Part shown: positions 18,392 through 28,729 of the stretch, in pieces | How positions within the stretch are numbered: position 1 is the stretch's first letter | Layout: each line of letters starts with the position of its first letter | NCBI GenBank assembly: GCA_047602905.1 | Contig: JBLKOP010000002.1 | Coordinates: forward strand, 79,381 to 143,380 | Reading direction: 5' to 3' | DNA: 64,000 bases | From: Candidatus Woesearchaeota archaeon | GTDB taxonomy: Archaea; Nanobdellota; Nanobdellia; Woesearchaeales; SKIA01 | Notes under the pieces: model-generated | Database searches by the model: none | What the model was told of the DNA's origin: nothing | The model's input: the letters and a program-made list of their open reading frames with translations, nothing else | Program-made: the position numbers and the translations under genes

Positions 18392-19522
18392 ATGCATATT
18401 GATGAACGAGTACGCCTGATTACACGAAATACTGAAGAAATAATGACTGAAGAAGACCTTAAAAGTCTTTTAGAAAACGTCTCAGAAATCAATCATTACA
18501 TTGGCTTTGAGATATCAGGAAAAATCCATTTAGGAACAGGCCTTATGTGCATGTCTAAAGTAAAAGATTTCATGGACGCAGGAATTACTTGCTCAGTTTT
18601 CCTTGCTGACTGGCACAGCTACATTAATGACAAGCTTGGAGGAGACTTAGACATAATAAAACAAGTTGCTGTTGGCTACTTCATGAACGGACTAAAAGCA
18701 AGCCTGAAGTGCTTAGGAGGAGACCCTGATAAACTCACGTTTGTTCTAGGAAGCGACTTATACCATCATAACGATGAGTATTGGCAAACAGTAATTGACA
18801 TTAGTAAGAACACCTCGCTTTCTCGTATGATGAGAAGCATCACTATTCTTGGCCGAAAAGAAGGAGAAGGAGTAGATTTTGCTAAGCTCATGTACCCTCC
18901 TATGCAAGTAGCGGATATATTCACCCAAAACATTCATCTTCCTCACGCAGGCCTTGATCAACGAAAAGCACAAGTAATCGCTCGTGACGTAGCAACAAAA
19001 ATTAAGAAGCCCCTCTTAGATGATAACGGAGTAGTTGTTAAGCCTGTAGCCGTTCACCACCACTTACTCCTTGGTCTTCTCAAACCCCCCACCTGGCCTA
19101 TTCCTAAAGAAGAACTTCAAGAAGCTCTTAGTGCTTTGAAGATGAGTAAGTCTAAACCAAACAGTTCAGTCTATATTCATGACTCCCCTGAAGAAATTAC
19201 CAAAAAGATTTCTCAAGCGTTCTGTATGGAAGGAGAAGTAGCGTTTAATCCCATCCTTGACTGGACAAAATACTTGTTGTTTAGAGAAGAAACTTCCTCA
19301 TTAACGATTAAGCGCCCAGAGAAGTTTGGTGGAGACGTAACGTACACCTCCTATGAGTCGTTACGAGACGCTTTTGCAAGCAAAGACTTACACCCTGTTG
19401 ATTTAAAAAACGCTGTTGCGCAAGCAATCATTAAGTTACTTGCTCCTGCAAGAGAGTACTTTAGTAGTGAAGAAGGAGCAAATCTTCTTGCGGAAATGAA
19501 TAACATATTAGTTACTCGCTAA
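18392..19522 (+). CDS. tyrS: Tyrosyl-tRNA synthetase, archaeal type
   Basis: Near-collinear with M. jannaschii TyrRS: RNTEEIMTEEDLKSLL..YIGFEISGKIHLG at the N-terminus, KMSKSKPNS (KMSKS) in the middle, IKRPEKFGGDVTYTSYESL...DLHPVDLKNAVA at the C-terminus. Confidence 0.9.
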   Translation: MHIDERVRLITRNTEEIMTEEDLKSLLENVSEINHYIGFEISGKIHLGTGLMCMSKVKDFMDAGITCSVFLADWHSYINDKLGGDLDIIKQVAVGYFMNGLKASLKCLGGDPDKLTFVLGSDLYHHNDEYWQTVIDISKNTSLSRMMRSITILGRKEGEGVDFAKLMYPPMQVADIFTQNIHLPHAGLDQRKAQVIARDVATKIKKPLLDDNGVVVKPVAVHHHLLLGLLKPPTWPIPKEELQEALSALKMSKSKPNSSVYIHDSPEEITKKISQAFCMEGEVAFNPILDWTKYLLFREETSSLTIKRPEKFGGDVTYTSYESLRDAFASKDLHPVDLKNAVAQAIIKLLAPAREYFSSEEGANLLAEMNNILVTR

Positions 19523-19539
19523 CATACGAACCAGTGCGT

Positions 19540-19549
19540 TTTATAAATA
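19540..19549 (+). promoter_or_regulatory. TATA-box-like element (TTTATAAATA) upstream of the DEAD-box helicase gene
   Basis: A-T box of archaeal TATA type about 90 nt upstream of the ATG. Spacing to the start is not verified. Confidence 0.3.
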
Positions 19550-19635
19550 GCTGCTTGTTCGTCTCCTTTATCAACTCTTTTGTTCTCACAAAAAAAACGT
19601 TTTGTGTTATCAGTTGTTGTTGAACACCTAAAACG

Positions 19636-20913
19636 ATGAAATTCACGCAAATACCTCTTCAGAAACAATTACAACAAGCGCTTACTCGCCAAGGGTACAC
19701 AGAACCAACTCCTATCCAGCAACAAGCAATTCCGCTTATTCTACAAGGAGAAGACGTTTTAGGTATTGCGCAGACAGGAACAGGAAAAACAGCTGCTTTC
19801 TGTCTTCCCATCCTCAGTAAGCTTATGGGCTCATCAAGCAAGCCTAAGCGTCCTCGCGCACTCATAATAACTCCTACAAGAGAATTAGCTGCGCAAATAC
19901 TCGCCAGTCTTAATACGTACGGAACATTCGCTAATCTACGTTTCTGCGCTGTTTTTGGCGGTGTTAGTCAAGGACCACAAGTAAAACAACTCAATAACGG
20001 CGTTGATGTTCTCGTCGCTACTCCTGGTCGATTACTTGATTTAATGCAGCAAAAACACATTACTCTCTCAGAAACGTCTTTGTTAGTTCTTGACGAAGCT
20101 GACCGCATGCTTGATATGGGCTTTATTAACGATATCAAGGAGGTAGTTAAGCAAACTCCTCCAAAGCGACAAACGCTTCTTTTCTCCGCTACCATGCCTA
20201 AAGCTGTTGAGCAATTCGCTCAATCAATACTCAGAAGTCCTAAGCGAGTAGAGGTCGCTTCTGAATCAACAACTGCTGATAACATCACGCAAAAAGTTTT
20301 GTTTGTAGATCATAACAAGCGCGATAATCTTTTACTACATCTCTTTAAGCAAGAACAACTCCACAAAGTTCTTGTGTTTACGAAGATGAAGCATCGAGCA
20401 AGTAAAGTTGCTACTCTACTCTCAAAAAACGGTATTAAAGCAGTTGCTATTCACGGCGATAAGTCTCAGAATCAGCGCACACAAGCACTTGCTCGCTTCT
20501 CTCAGGATAAAGTTCGGGTTCTTGTGGGTACTGACGTAGCTGCTCGTGGTCTTGACGTGGATGATATCTCTCACGTGATTAATTATGAGTTGCCTATGGA
20601 TGTGGAGAACTACGTTCATCGTATCGGCCGTACTGCTCGCGCGGGTGCTAGTGGAGTTGCGTATAGCTTCTCTGGTCCTGAGGATAAGTTATTGTTGCAG
20701 CAGATCGAGAGTCTTCTTGGTCACGAAATAGAGATTATGCAGCACAAGTTTCACTCAGAAACTGCTCGGCGCGCTCCTGCGAAGAAGAAGTCTTCTAAAC
20801 GATCATTTAAAGGCACTAAAGGCGGTCGAGGTGGACGTTCTTCGAAAGGCTCAAAAGGTTCTTCTCAGAAAGGCTCGTTTCGTAAAGGGTTTAGAAAAGG
20901 TAGTAAGAAGTAA
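19636..20913 (+). CDS. DEAD-box ATP-dependent RNA helicase with a Gly/Lys/Arg-rich C-terminal tail
   Basis: Q-motif, AQTGTGKT, PTRELA, DEAD (VLDEADRML), SAT, HRIGRTAR. The tail is GTKGGRGGRSSKGSKGSSQKGSFRKGFRKGSKK. Confidence 0.9.
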   Translation: MKFTQIPLQKQLQQALTRQGYTEPTPIQQQAIPLILQGEDVLGIAQTGTGKTAAFCLPILSKLMGSSSKPKRPRALIITPTRELAAQILASLNTYGTFANLRFCAVFGGVSQGPQVKQLNNGVDVLVATPGRLLDLMQQKHITLSETSLLVLDEADRMLDMGFINDIKEVVKQTPPKRQTLLFSATMPKAVEQFAQSILRSPKRVEVASESTTADNITQKVLFVDHNKRDNLLLHLFKQEQLHKVLVFTKMKHRASKVATLLSKNGIKAVAIHGDKSQNQRTQALARFSQDKVRVLVGTDVAARGLDVDDISHVINYELPMDVENYVHRIGRTARAGASGVAYSFSGPEDKLLLQQIESLLGHEIEIMQHKFHSETARRAPAKKKSSKRSFKGTKGGRGGRSSKGSKGSSQKGSFRKGFRKGSKK

Positions 20914-20914
20914 T

Positions 20915-20926
20915 GCTTTTTTTTTA
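20915..20926 (+). terminator. Oligo-T tract (GCTTTTTTTTT) immediately after the helicase stop
   Basis: Archaeal intrinsic terminators are oligo-T runs. A 9-T tract lies 3 nt after the TAA. Confidence 0.4.
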
Positions 20927-21012
20927 ACAAGTATTATTGCATTACCTTGCTTTTTTTTAAGAGCAGAGTAAACTATAAATAGCCCTCCCAAAATAATTGG
21001 TGTAGAGACTGT

Positions 21013-21747
21013 ATGGAGAGAAAACGTTTTTTGCAAGTAAGCGCTCTTATCGCTTCGGCTGCTGTTATTAATCCTGTAAAAACTCTTGCTGAGTTGTCTT
21101 CAGACTCTCAAGAAGAGTGCGAGGATGTTTCTCTTCCATGCGGCTTTGATGCTCTCTACAATATTTCTGGGCGAGCAGGGCTTAGTGCTCGTTTTTCTCG
21201 TAGAAAACAAATACAAGGGCGTTTATCGTTTCGTCATGATACTAGCGCATACACGATTTTTTCAACTGCAGAGGATATTGATCGAGAGGTACGTATTACG
21301 GGTTCTTTGTATAGTAATCAAGAACAATTATTTCTTACTCCAAAATGCATGCACGTAACAAAGAACGGTTCTTCTCGTTTCTCGTTACACTTCTTTGAAA
21401 ACCAAGTTACTCACTCGTACAACGGTACTCGTACGTTTTCTTCACGACCACACGATCCTCTCTCAGCACTTATTATGCGTAACTCGTATGATCAAGCAGT
21501 TACGTTTGTTGACACAGCAAATTCTCTTGAAGAAGCTACGTTTACGAACGCTCACTTAGCGGATAAGCGCGTGTTTTCTTCAAGTACAGGCTCTATAGGG
21601 CGGTTTAGTGGTGAAATAGAGGTGTTTACTTCGGTATTGTATAAAGGGCTTCTTCTTCCTTCTTCTCTACGTATTAACAAATATGATGCGCGCATAGGTG
21701 GCATGTATGATATGCGTGCAGAGCTTGAAGAGTTCAATATTCGTTAG
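21013..21747 (+). CDS. Hypothetical secreted beta-rich protein
   Basis: N-terminal signal-like MERKRFLQVSALIASAAVINP, and a Ser/Thr-rich mature part. TATA-like AACTATAAATAG lies 31 nt upstream. Confidence 0.5.
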   Translation: MERKRFLQVSALIASAAVINPVKTLAELSSDSQEECEDVSLPCGFDALYNISGRAGLSARFSRRKQIQGRLSFRHDTSAYTIFSTAEDIDREVRITGSLYSNQEQLFLTPKCMHVTKNGSSRFSLHFFENQVTHSYNGTRTFSSRPHDPLSALIMRNSYDQAVTFVDTANSLEEATFTNAHLADKRVFSSSTGSIGRFSGEIEVFTSVLYKGLLLPSSLRINKYDARIGGMYDMRAELEEFNIR

Positions 21748-21796
21748 TGCTCTCACAACCACAGCTTTTATAAACACTTCATCGCTTCTCTTGGTC

Positions 21797-22051
21797 ATGG
21801 CACGCAGTAAAAAAGTTGCTTCTGGAAAGCGATTTGGTAGTCGTTATGGTCGACGAAACAGAGATCGCTTCGCTCTTCTTGAAGCGCAAGCGCGTAAGAA
21901 GCACGTTTGTCCAAGTTGTGGCTATGAGCAAGCAAAGCGAGTAGCTGCTGGTATTTGGAGTTGTAAGAAGTGCTCAGCAAAATTCGCTAGTAAAGCATAC
22001 ACGGTAACAAAATTCCCTACGCTTAAGCAAAAACTTGAGGAGGACTTCTAA
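21797..22051 (+). CDS. rpl37ae: Ribosomal protein L37ae (eL43)
   Basis: MARSKKVASGKRFGSRYG...CPSCGYEQAKRVAAGIWSCKKCSAKFA is a C4 zinc ribbon in eL43 order. Start at the internal Met, not the longer ORF. Confidence 0.8.
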   Translation: MARSKKVASGKRFGSRYGRRNRDRFALLEAQARKKHVCPSCGYEQAKRVAAGIWSCKKCSAKFASKAYTVTKFPTLKQKLEEDF

Positions 22052-22053
22052 AA

Positions 22054-22191
22054 ATGGCTGATTATCGTTGTTTTAGCTGTGGAAAAGATGTTGATGCAAG
22101 TTACTTAGCAAAGAAGGTTCGTTGCCCGTACTGTGGGAGTAAGATTATTTTTAAGCCTCGCGTGCGCAGCACAAAAGTTCTTGCTCGATGA
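22054..22191 (+). CDS. rpoP: DNA-directed RNA polymerase subunit P (RpoP/Rpb12), 45 aa. Not in the ORF track because it is under 60 aa
   Basis: MADYRCFSCGKDVDASYLAKKVRCPYCGSKIIFKPR matches RpoP (xxYxCxxCgk...vrCPyCGskIlyKpR). Starts 3 nt after rpl37ae, and its stop overlaps the next ATG. Confidence 0.75.
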   Translation: MADYRCFSCGKDVDASYLAKKVRCPYCGSKIIFKPRVRSTKVLAR

Positions 22192-22400
22192 AAGCAGTTA
22201 TTACTACTGATTTTGATCCTCGCTTACTAGAGGTTTTTGTGCAGGAAGACAAAGATATTGGCCGAGCATCCTACACTATAGAGCATGACGAGTCTGAGCT
22301 GCGTTTTGTTATTGTTGCTGATGACGCTACTGCTTTGCGCACAGTAATGAATGCTATTACGAAGCTATTAAGTATTTGGGAGGACTCCAAGGATTTATGA
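22188..22400 (+). CDS. pcc1: KEOPS complex subunit Pcc1
   Basis: IVADDATALRTVMNAITKLLSIWEDS parallels the Pcc1 core (IKATDSSALRGTVNSYLRWIKAAIDV). ~70 aa in the conserved L37ae-rpoP neighbourhood. Confidence 0.6.
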   Translation: MKAVITTDFDPRLLEVFVQEDKDIGRASYTIEHDESELRFVIVADDATALRTVMNAITKLLSIWEDSKDL

Positions 22401-22621
22401 ATCCGCGCGTACAACTTCATAAGCAACAACTTCGACGAGAACAAGTAGAGCTAGAAAGTGCTCTTGAGCAATTAGAAAAAAACCCTGTAAGCTACTCGCT
22501 TGTTGGCTCAGTTATGGTTCGTGAGGAGGCAAGCAGTATTCGCAAGCGCCTCTTAAAGCGCTTATCTGTTGTTCAACAAGAAATGAGTAGTTTAGATGAT
22601 GAAGCAAGAAGAGATTCTTAA
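22397..22621 (+). CDS. pfdB: Prefoldin beta subunit (short form)
   Basis: Coiled coil, then beta hairpin YSLVGSVMVREE, then coiled coil. ATGA overlap with pcc1. Shorter than typical, so the N-terminus is uncertain. Confidence 0.55.
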   Translation: MNPRVQLHKQQLRREQVELESALEQLEKNPVSYSLVGSVMVREEASSIRKRLLKRLSVVQQEMSSLDDEARRDS

Positions 22622-22838
22622 CGAGATACGAGCTGTTGCTTGTGAGTTAGCAGCTACGCAAACAGATGTTTCTGTACAGAAGCAGTTATTGCTTGTTGCT
22701 GAGGTTATTCAAGAAGACATTGATCTTTCTTTACGCACGGATCGTATCCGAGACATCCTTAGGTGCTTAGAGCAAGGACAAGACATGTCTGTGCGTGCGC
22801 AGTTATGGAATCTTTCTGCTCTTATCGAGCAGCTGTAA
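22596..22838 (+). CDS. Small hypothetical helical protein, 80 aa
   Basis: ORF overlapping the pfdB end. No family recognised. Confidence 0.35.
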   Translation: MMKQEEILNEIRAVACELAATQTDVSVQKQLLLVAEVIQEDIDLSLRTDRIRDILRCLEQGQDMSVRAQLWNLSALIEQL

Positions 22839-23340
22839 CGTACGGTACGTGTACTCGTTCTTTCTCGCTACTAAACAGTACGAGGTGCGTTGCTGCGTGT
22901 TTCTTTACTACTCCTTCTAAAAAATCTTTTTTGTACGTTGATTTAAGAGGGTATTTTCTTGTGGCTACATCTTTTTTTCTTCGGTTGCGTATCGCGTCTG
23001 TAAGTGCTAATAAGAGGGCTAGGAGTCCTAGCCAGAAGATCAGAAACGCTAGTCTGCTGAGAACAAGACCTAGTACTTCTATGCTTGCTAGCGCGAGGAT
23101 TGCTGCGAGGATTGCTGCGAGCACGAAAGCGATGTTTGCTATGGTGTTTGTTAGGGATATCGTGTTTGCTCGTACGCGCGTATCTAGCTGTACTGCTTCT
23201 AGAGCTGCTCGTAGAGTGTTTCGTAGCAGTGCTGCGAGTGCTAGTCCTACAAAGAAGATGAGTAGCGGTGTTACTACGTACGTGGTGATTGCTTGGTTAA
23301 TTACTTCGCTGTGTAGCAGGAGTTCTTCGTACGCGCTCAT
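22822..23340 (-). CDS. Hypothetical membrane protein (3-4 TM)
   Basis: Hydrophobic helices. Preferred over the antisense 22763..23344 ORF, which is an S/R/A-rich composition artefact. Confidence 0.45.
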   Translation of the reverse strand: MSAYEELLLHSEVINQAITTYVVTPLLIFFVGLALAALLRNTLRAALEAVQLDTRVRANTISLTNTIANIAFVLAAILAAILALASIEVLGLVLSRLAFLIFWLGLLALLLALTDAIRNRRKKDVATRKYPLKSTYKKDFLEGVVKKHAATHLVLFSSEKERVHVPYVTAAR

Positions 23341-23345
23341 GTAGT

Positions 23346-23654
23346 GTGTATTGGTGTAAGGGGTTTTTATGTGTAGCTGCAGAAGCGTTTATAAAGAGGG
23401 TTTGTTTATGTTGTTTCATGGCTGACGATAAAGCACCTGAGATGTCTAAGGATGAGCGCATTGGTTTTCACAAAGGGAGTTTAAGCACTCTTTCTAAAGA
23501 ACAAGCAGAACTTGCTCGTATACTTAATATTGTTGAGCAACTCATTCAGATGCACACCCAGGAGCTTAAGGCGCTTGGTGTTGATGTTTCTGCTCAGCAA
23601 GAAGAGATGCCTGTTATTCGTAAAGATAAGAAGCCTATTGAAGATATTCTGTGA
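23346..23654 (+). CDS. Small hypothetical protein (probable start at the internal MADDKAPE...)
   Basis: ORF only. 4-nt overlap with the HAD hydrolase gene. Confidence 0.35.
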   Translation: MYWCKGFLCVAAEAFIKRVCLCCFMADDKAPEMSKDERIGFHKGSLSTLSKEQAELARILNIVEQLIQMHTQELKALGVDVSAQQEEMPVIRKDKKPIEDIL

Positions 23655-24361
23655 TTAAAGGTATCGTTTTTGATTTAGATAATACTCTTGAGGAGTTTAC
23701 TGAGCATGAAGAAGTTGTTGAGCAAGAAATGGCTTCTTTATTGCAGCAGCGCTACGGTATTGATCCTGTTCGTTTCGTGCGTATTTTTGATATGATTAAG
23801 ACGGGGTATTTGCACTCGCGCAGTCTTCCTCAAGATTATGGTCGTGATGTGTGGTTTAAGGAGACACTTGCGCATTTTGATGTGTTTGATGCAGATATTG
23901 CTTCTTTAGTGGATATGTACTGGGATTTATTACTCTCAAAAGTTCAGCTCTACCAAGGAGTTCCTGAGCTTCTTGCTGATTTAAAGCGCTCCTTTCGCTT
24001 AGGTATTCTCTCAGATAGTGATGGGGATCGGTACTGGAAAGAAAAGCGTATTAAGCAGCTGCATATCGGCTCGTTCTTTGATGCTATCGTCACAAGTGAT
24101 GATGTCGGTGCTAACAAGCCGCACCCGCGGGGATTTATTGAGGTGTGCAAACAACTCGGCGTGCTTACTTCTCAAGCGGTTATGGTTGGGGATCATCCTG
24201 AAGTTGATCACGTAATGGCTAAGGAGCTAGGCATGGTTACTGTGTGGGTTACTGAGGGTCTTTCTGAGCAGCAAAAACAGCGTAGTTATGAGTACGTTGA
24301 TTACGTAGTGGATAAAGTTTCTGAGGTGGGAGAGCTTGTCGAGAAGATTGCGCAAGAGTGA
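23651..24361 (+). CDS. HAD-superfamily hydrolase (subfamily IA-like)
   Basis: Motif I VFDLDNTL, motif II GILSDSDG, and motif III/IV K...VGDHPEVDH. Confidence 0.75.
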   Translation: MIKGIVFDLDNTLEEFTEHEEVVEQEMASLLQQRYGIDPVRFVRIFDMIKTGYLHSRSLPQDYGRDVWFKETLAHFDVFDADIASLVDMYWDLLLSKVQLYQGVPELLADLKRSFRLGILSDSDGDRYWKEKRIKQLHIGSFFDAIVTSDDVGANKPHPRGFIEVCKQLGVLTSQAVMVGDHPEVDHVMAKELGMVTVWVTEGLSEQQKQRSYEYVDYVVDKVSEVGELVEKIAQE

Positions 24362-24785
24362 GATACGCGAATTAAATGAAGAACTCCTTATTTCTCTTGA
24401 TAAAAAAGCGTCTGTAGAACTTGTTGATGACGTCTTATTAGTGAATGACACGTTTTATTTTTTTAAGCATCAAGAGAAATGGGTTGCTTCTGTTCGTCTT
24501 CTTCTAGAACGGCCTGAGTTACTTCCTCACTTAGTTGTTGATATGGGTGCTGTTCGTTTCGTTGCTAACGGAGCGGATATTATGAGGCCGGGAATAACCA
24601 GCATTCCAGAAGGAAAAGCAGGTATGATAGTTGCTGTTGTTGACGAAAACAATCATAAACCGTTTGCTGTTGGAGAGTACAACGTGTCTTCACAAGAAAT
24701 GCAAGAAGCAACTACGGGTTCTGTAATAAAGAATATTCATTACGTAGGAGACGAGAAATGGAAACGATACGTAACTAAAGAGTAG
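24336..24785 (+). CDS. PUA-domain RNA-binding protein (MCT-1/Tma20 or Nip7-like archaeal homologue)
   Basis: C-terminal PUA signature VDMGAVRFVANGADIMRPGI...GMIVAVVDENNHKPFAVGE. Confidence 0.65.
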   Translation: MSRRLRKSEIRELNEELLISLDKKASVELVDDVLLVNDTFYFFKHQEKWVASVRLLLERPELLPHLVVDMGAVRFVANGADIMRPGITSIPEGKAGMIVAVVDENNHKPFAVGEYNVSSQEMQEATTGSVIKNIHYVGDEKWKRYVTKE

Positions 24786-24828
24786 TCACAACCGAAGCTC
24801 TTTTATATCTGAAAGCGCTCTATTACTG

Positions 24829-26388
24829 ATGGGGAGTATGCTTTCACCTAATAACAAAACCCTCTTTGACATACATCAAGAGCAACTAAGCCGCTTTGGG
24901 TACTCAAACGGCCAGTTCTCCACCTTAGAGGAAGCTATTTCTTCTGCAGATTTAAATAAGCAAGAAGAACAGAAGTTACTTGTTATTAGAGATCGCTTAT
25001 GGAGTGAAAACGCTGCTTCGGGACTCTTCTTTGACCTAAATTTCTTGCGCGCAGCAGAGTTTTATCACGGGAGTACTCGGCTAATGTCTCAGAGACCAGA
25101 AATTGCTCATCCAGCAGGAATGGTATTGCTACTTGACAACATTTTTCTTCAAGCAACCAAACACGCAAAAAGAAAACTAAATAGAAAAGAAATGGTAAGT
25201 AAGCATGCACTCTACGTAGCAACTCCTCCCCATGACATAATAGAAGACATCGCAAAACACGAGACTAATCAACGAGTACTTGATAACAACGAGCTTAACG
25301 AGAACACTATACGAGCGAGTATTCGTCAAAGTAAACTTGGAAAGCTAAGACAGTTTTATGAAGTGTACACACACATAATTAGTAAAGAGTTCTCCCTTTC
25401 TAAAAGCCGCTTAAACGAGGTGTGGAAACCAGTTATTCTTAGTGAAGGACTCGTTACGAGAGGCTCGTATAGCGTAAAATACCAAGCAAATAATTACTTT
25501 ACGTACATGATAGGAATGGACTTGCCTAAACAAATAGCGGGTATGCAAACAACGATACGTGATAACATGAACGCAAACCTTCTTAAAGCAGTTGATTTCT
25601 TAGACAACCTTCCCTCTGAGTTTCCTGATGCAGAGTATTTGCAAAGAAATAATTTACTCACCCAAGAACAACTCAAAAAAGCAGAGAAGTACATGAAAAA
25701 TATTTCTGCAGAGTACTTGTCTGCTGCTCGTAAAGAACTTGAGCAACTAAGTCAAGAAAGTAACGAGAAGTACGTACTAAAAAAACTAGATTTTACTATA
25801 CAAAATAAAGAACTTGTACAAGGTTTTGAAGATGATTTAGAACTAAAAGTTCGTTACGCAAAGAAACGAGCAGTGCATCTTATGTGGTCAGCTGTTCGTA
25901 ACGACCGAGGCTATGATTGGGCAAAACGAATAGCTTCTCTTAGCAAGACTAAACGAAGAAAAATAGGAATTTCTGATATAACATTATCAGCGCTGTATCA
26001 TGCTTCTGTCCAGTTATCAGAGCAAATACGCGAATCAAGCCGCTTAGATATGAATCATCACTTCGTCTACAACCCAATAGCTGCCTCTCAAGCAAAAACT
26101 ATTGAGCAAGAAGTTAAGGAGTACTTACAAACACCTAATAGTAAGCAGTGGGCTGCTAAATCAGAAAACCTTCCTGAACACCTAAGAAAATATGATTCGT
26201 TTAGTAAACTAGCTATTTCTTTAGCTCAAGATGAGAGTAAAAAACTTTCAGACCAGAGCATCTACGAAGTACTTACAGTAGCTAACGGGCTTGCAGAAAG
26301 AAACATCGCTCATAACTCAGTTATTTCCTCAATTGAAGAATACAAAAAACTTTTTTCTATAGACGGAGACATCACAAAAGCTGCTTAG
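24829..26388 (+). CDS. Large hypothetical protein, 519 aa, no TM, mixed alpha/beta
   Basis: Long ORF with ordinary codon usage. No motif recognised. Confidence 0.55.
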   Translation: MGSMLSPNNKTLFDIHQEQLSRFGYSNGQFSTLEEAISSADLNKQEEQKLLVIRDRLWSENAASGLFFDLNFLRAAEFYHGSTRLMSQRPEIAHPAGMVLLLDNIFLQATKHAKRKLNRKEMVSKHALYVATPPHDIIEDIAKHETNQRVLDNNELNENTIRASIRQSKLGKLRQFYEVYTHIISKEFSLSKSRLNEVWKPVILSEGLVTRGSYSVKYQANNYFTYMIGMDLPKQIAGMQTTIRDNMNANLLKAVDFLDNLPSEFPDAEYLQRNNLLTQEQLKKAEKYMKNISAEYLSAARKELEQLSQESNEKYVLKKLDFTIQNKELVQGFEDDLELKVRYAKKRAVHLMWSAVRNDRGYDWAKRIASLSKTKRRKIGISDITLSALYHASVQLSEQIRESSRLDMNHHFVYNPIAASQAKTIEQEVKEYLQTPNSKQWAAKSENLPEHLRKYDSFSKLAISLAQDESKKLSDQSIYEVLTVANGLAERNIAHNSVISSIEEYKKLFSIDGDITKAA

Positions 26389-26846
26389 TGAGGATCACTA
26401 ATTCTTCGTCCTTTACTAATGTATGGCTTAATACTGTTGTTTGCTGCGTGACCACACCCGAGTATTTTATTCTTATATTTGATGAGTACGTAGCGCGCTT
26501 CTACTATGTTTGTTTCTAGTTCTTCTCCTCGCATCCAAGCATTCTTCTCGCTCTCATTTACTTCTACAAAGCAACCTGAGCAGCTCGGCCCAAACAGCAT
26601 TGCTCCATCCATGGTGAGTCGTAGCTCATCACGTATCTTACTGGCTACGTACAGACCTCCTTGGCGTACTCCTAAAGCAACAAAATCTACTTTGTCAATA
26701 TCAGAACTAACAACGTAATACTTATCGTCTCCTCCTAGATAAATTGCGTACTCTGTACTTCCGCTATACCCATACGTTTCTTGTAATTGTCTAAAGAACT
26801 GTTTTCGTTGCTTGCTATTAAGAAAATCCACTCTTATACGCCCCAC
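26385..26846 (-). CDS. Hypothetical protein, tentatively a PUA-like / UPF0113 (Nip7-like) fold
   Basis: ~150-aa ORF with a Cys-containing GPSCSGCFVEV segment. Similarity is weak. Confidence 0.4.
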   Translation of the reverse strand: MGRIRVDFLNSKQRKQFFRQLQETYGYSGSTEYAIYLGGDDKYYVVSSDIDKVDFVALGVRQGGLYVASKIRDELRLTMDGAMLFGPSCSGCFVEVNESEKNAWMRGEELETNIVEARYVLIKYKNKILGCGHAANNSIKPYISKGRRISDPH

Positions 26847-28570
26847 AAAGGATTCTTCTCTCTCATCACTTCAGCAAACGCTTTCAGAACCGCTTTTTGT
26901 TCTGGCTCAAGTAACTTTGCGTGCTCCTTCCACTGCAAGTACTCCTCCTCACTAATAACAGCCCATAACACGTCCTCTTCACATACCTGCCTATTAGCGG
27001 TTGCTCCAGGAATACTAATGGCTACTTGGCTTCCTGTCGTTGCTTCAGCAACGCTTTTCTGCTTTTCTTGAATGTCTTTAACGTACCCAACAACACTGGA
27101 AGGGTCAGTTGCTTGCACAAGCTTGCTTCCTCTCTTCACAACTCCTCTAAGCACCTCTACTCCGCACACTAAAGGGTTACTTGCGCGAAACATGCAGTTA
27201 GCAAGAACGCGCACTTGAGCGGGTAAAGCCATGTGAGCTAATCCTTCACTTTTTTTCTTCTCATCAAGTAAGCGCATGTGCTCTTCGTAACGATCTATAA
27301 GTGCGTAAATAATGTTTTCTTGATACACAACCACTCCTTCAGGAAGCGCTTCTTTAGTTACAGCAAGGTTAAATGCGAGAACAACAGAGAACTCCTCAGG
27401 ATTACTGGCTGCTCGCACCAAGTCTTTTTTACTAATAGGGCCTACGTCAGCTACTCCTATAGGGATGTTCTTTTCGCGAAGCAACATAACAAGGGCTTCA
27501 AGGCTTCCTACGTTATCAGCCTTTAAAACCACTCCTTCAGCGTCCGTATTAATACTTACATGTCTCATTGCTTGAGAGAATTCTTTTGTTAACTCCTCCG
27601 CTTTTCCTGAACCAAACGGCATACCTGCAGTGACTTTTTCTAAGCCAGGAGCACTAATCTTTACTCCTGTAGCAGCCACTGCTTCTTGTACAGGAAGAAA
27701 ACGCGTTTTTTTATCGCGCAAATCACCTGCGTTACTTGGTTGCAGCAAAGCACGCACTTTCGTGCGTATAGGCTCTCCGTGCAACGTACCAATAAGGATT
27801 TCGTCTCCTACGCGCAAAACCCCATCATAAATAATCGCGTTAAGCGTAAGGCCCATTCCTTGCTCCTCAGCAACCTCAAGAACCGTTCCTTTCGCAGGAC
27901 CAGCAACGTTACTATCAAGACTTGCTTCTAAGAAGCGAGAAGCTAAACCAACAAGTAACGTAAGTAACGTATTAATTCCTTCTCCTCCAAGAGCGCTTAT
28001 AGGAACGATAGCCACGGTATTCTTAAAATCACTTACTCGATCAAAGCGCTCGCTATTCAGTCCGTGCTCAGAAAGAACTCCTACAAGCTCATACAGCTTC
28101 TTCTCTAAGTACTCAGTAGTTTTAGGTGTCTGAGCAGATAAGCTCTTAGCAATGTCCTCATCGCGCTTCACATAGCCACTAGCAAGATCCACCTTGTTTG
28201 CAGCAACGACAAACGGTGTTTTGTGATTGCGAAGAATCTGCAGTGCCTCAACGGTTTGCGGCTTAAAACCCTCATTAATATCTACTATGAGTACCGCGAT
28301 GTCAGCAAGGCTTCCTCCTCGCTCACGCATACCCGTAAACGCTGCGTGACCAGGAGTATCTATGAATAACAACCCAGGAATACGCGTGTTCTTCACCACA
28401 GCAGTTGATTTCTTCAAAATAGCGTCTATAGGAACAATACTTGCTCCTATTGCTTGCGTAATAGCTCCTGCCTCTCCAGTAGCGGTTTTTGTTCCGCGAA
28501 TAGTATCCAGAAGAGTCGTTTTTCCATGGTCTACATGGCCTACTACTGCGCAGATGGGAGCTCGAATCAT
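26834..28570 (-). CDS. infB: Translation initiation factor aIF5B (IF2 homologue)
   Basis: G1 [16 protein letters not shown]3 DTPGH, G4 NKVD, beta-barrel domains, aIF5B length. Start at [12 protein letters not shown] rather than the longer ORF. Confidence 0.9.
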   Translation of the reverse strand: MIRAPICAVVGHVDHGKTTLLDTIRGTKTATGEAGAITQAIGASIVPIDAILKKSTAVVKNTRIPGLLFIDTPGHAAFTGMRERGGSLADIAVLIVDINEGFKPQTVEALQILRNHKTPFVVAANKVDLASGYVKRDEDIAKSLSAQTPKTTEYLEKKLYELVGVLSEHGLNSERFDRVSDFKNTVAIVPISALGGEGINTLLTLLVGLASRFLEASLDSNVAGPAKGTVLEVAEEQGMGLTLNAIIYDGVLRVGDEILIGTLHGEPIRTKVRALLQPSNAGDLRDKKTRFLPVQEAVAATGVKISAPGLEKVTAGMPFGSGKAEELTKEFSQAMRHVSINTDAEGVVLKADNVGSLEALVMLLREKNIPIGVADVGPISKKDLVRAASNPEEFSVVLAFNLAVTKEALPEGVVVYQENIIYALIDRYEEHMRLLDEKKKSEGLAHMALPAQVRVLANCMFRASNPLVCGVEVLRGVVKRGSKLVQATDPSSVVGYVKDIQEKQKSVAEATTGSQVAISIPGATANRQVCEEDVLWAVISEEEYLQWKEHAKLLEPEQKAVLKAFAEVMREKNPLWGV

Positions 28571-28729
28571 ATACTCACGAAAAAACTCGTGATTTAAGAG
28601 GGTATCGTTCAGAAAACAGTAGGTGTATACGAAAACGTGCTGTAAATAACAAAATCGTTTCGTATCAGCAAAAAGCTTTTTCGCTTCCACAGGCTAAACA
28701 CCCTTTAAAACGCGTACAAGAAGAAGCGT

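Noticed and set aside
22763-23344. 193-aa + strand ORF overlapping the 22822..23340 membrane-protein ORF
   Set aside because: Ala/Arg/Ser-rich composition with no motif. The minus-strand ORF has coherent TM helices.
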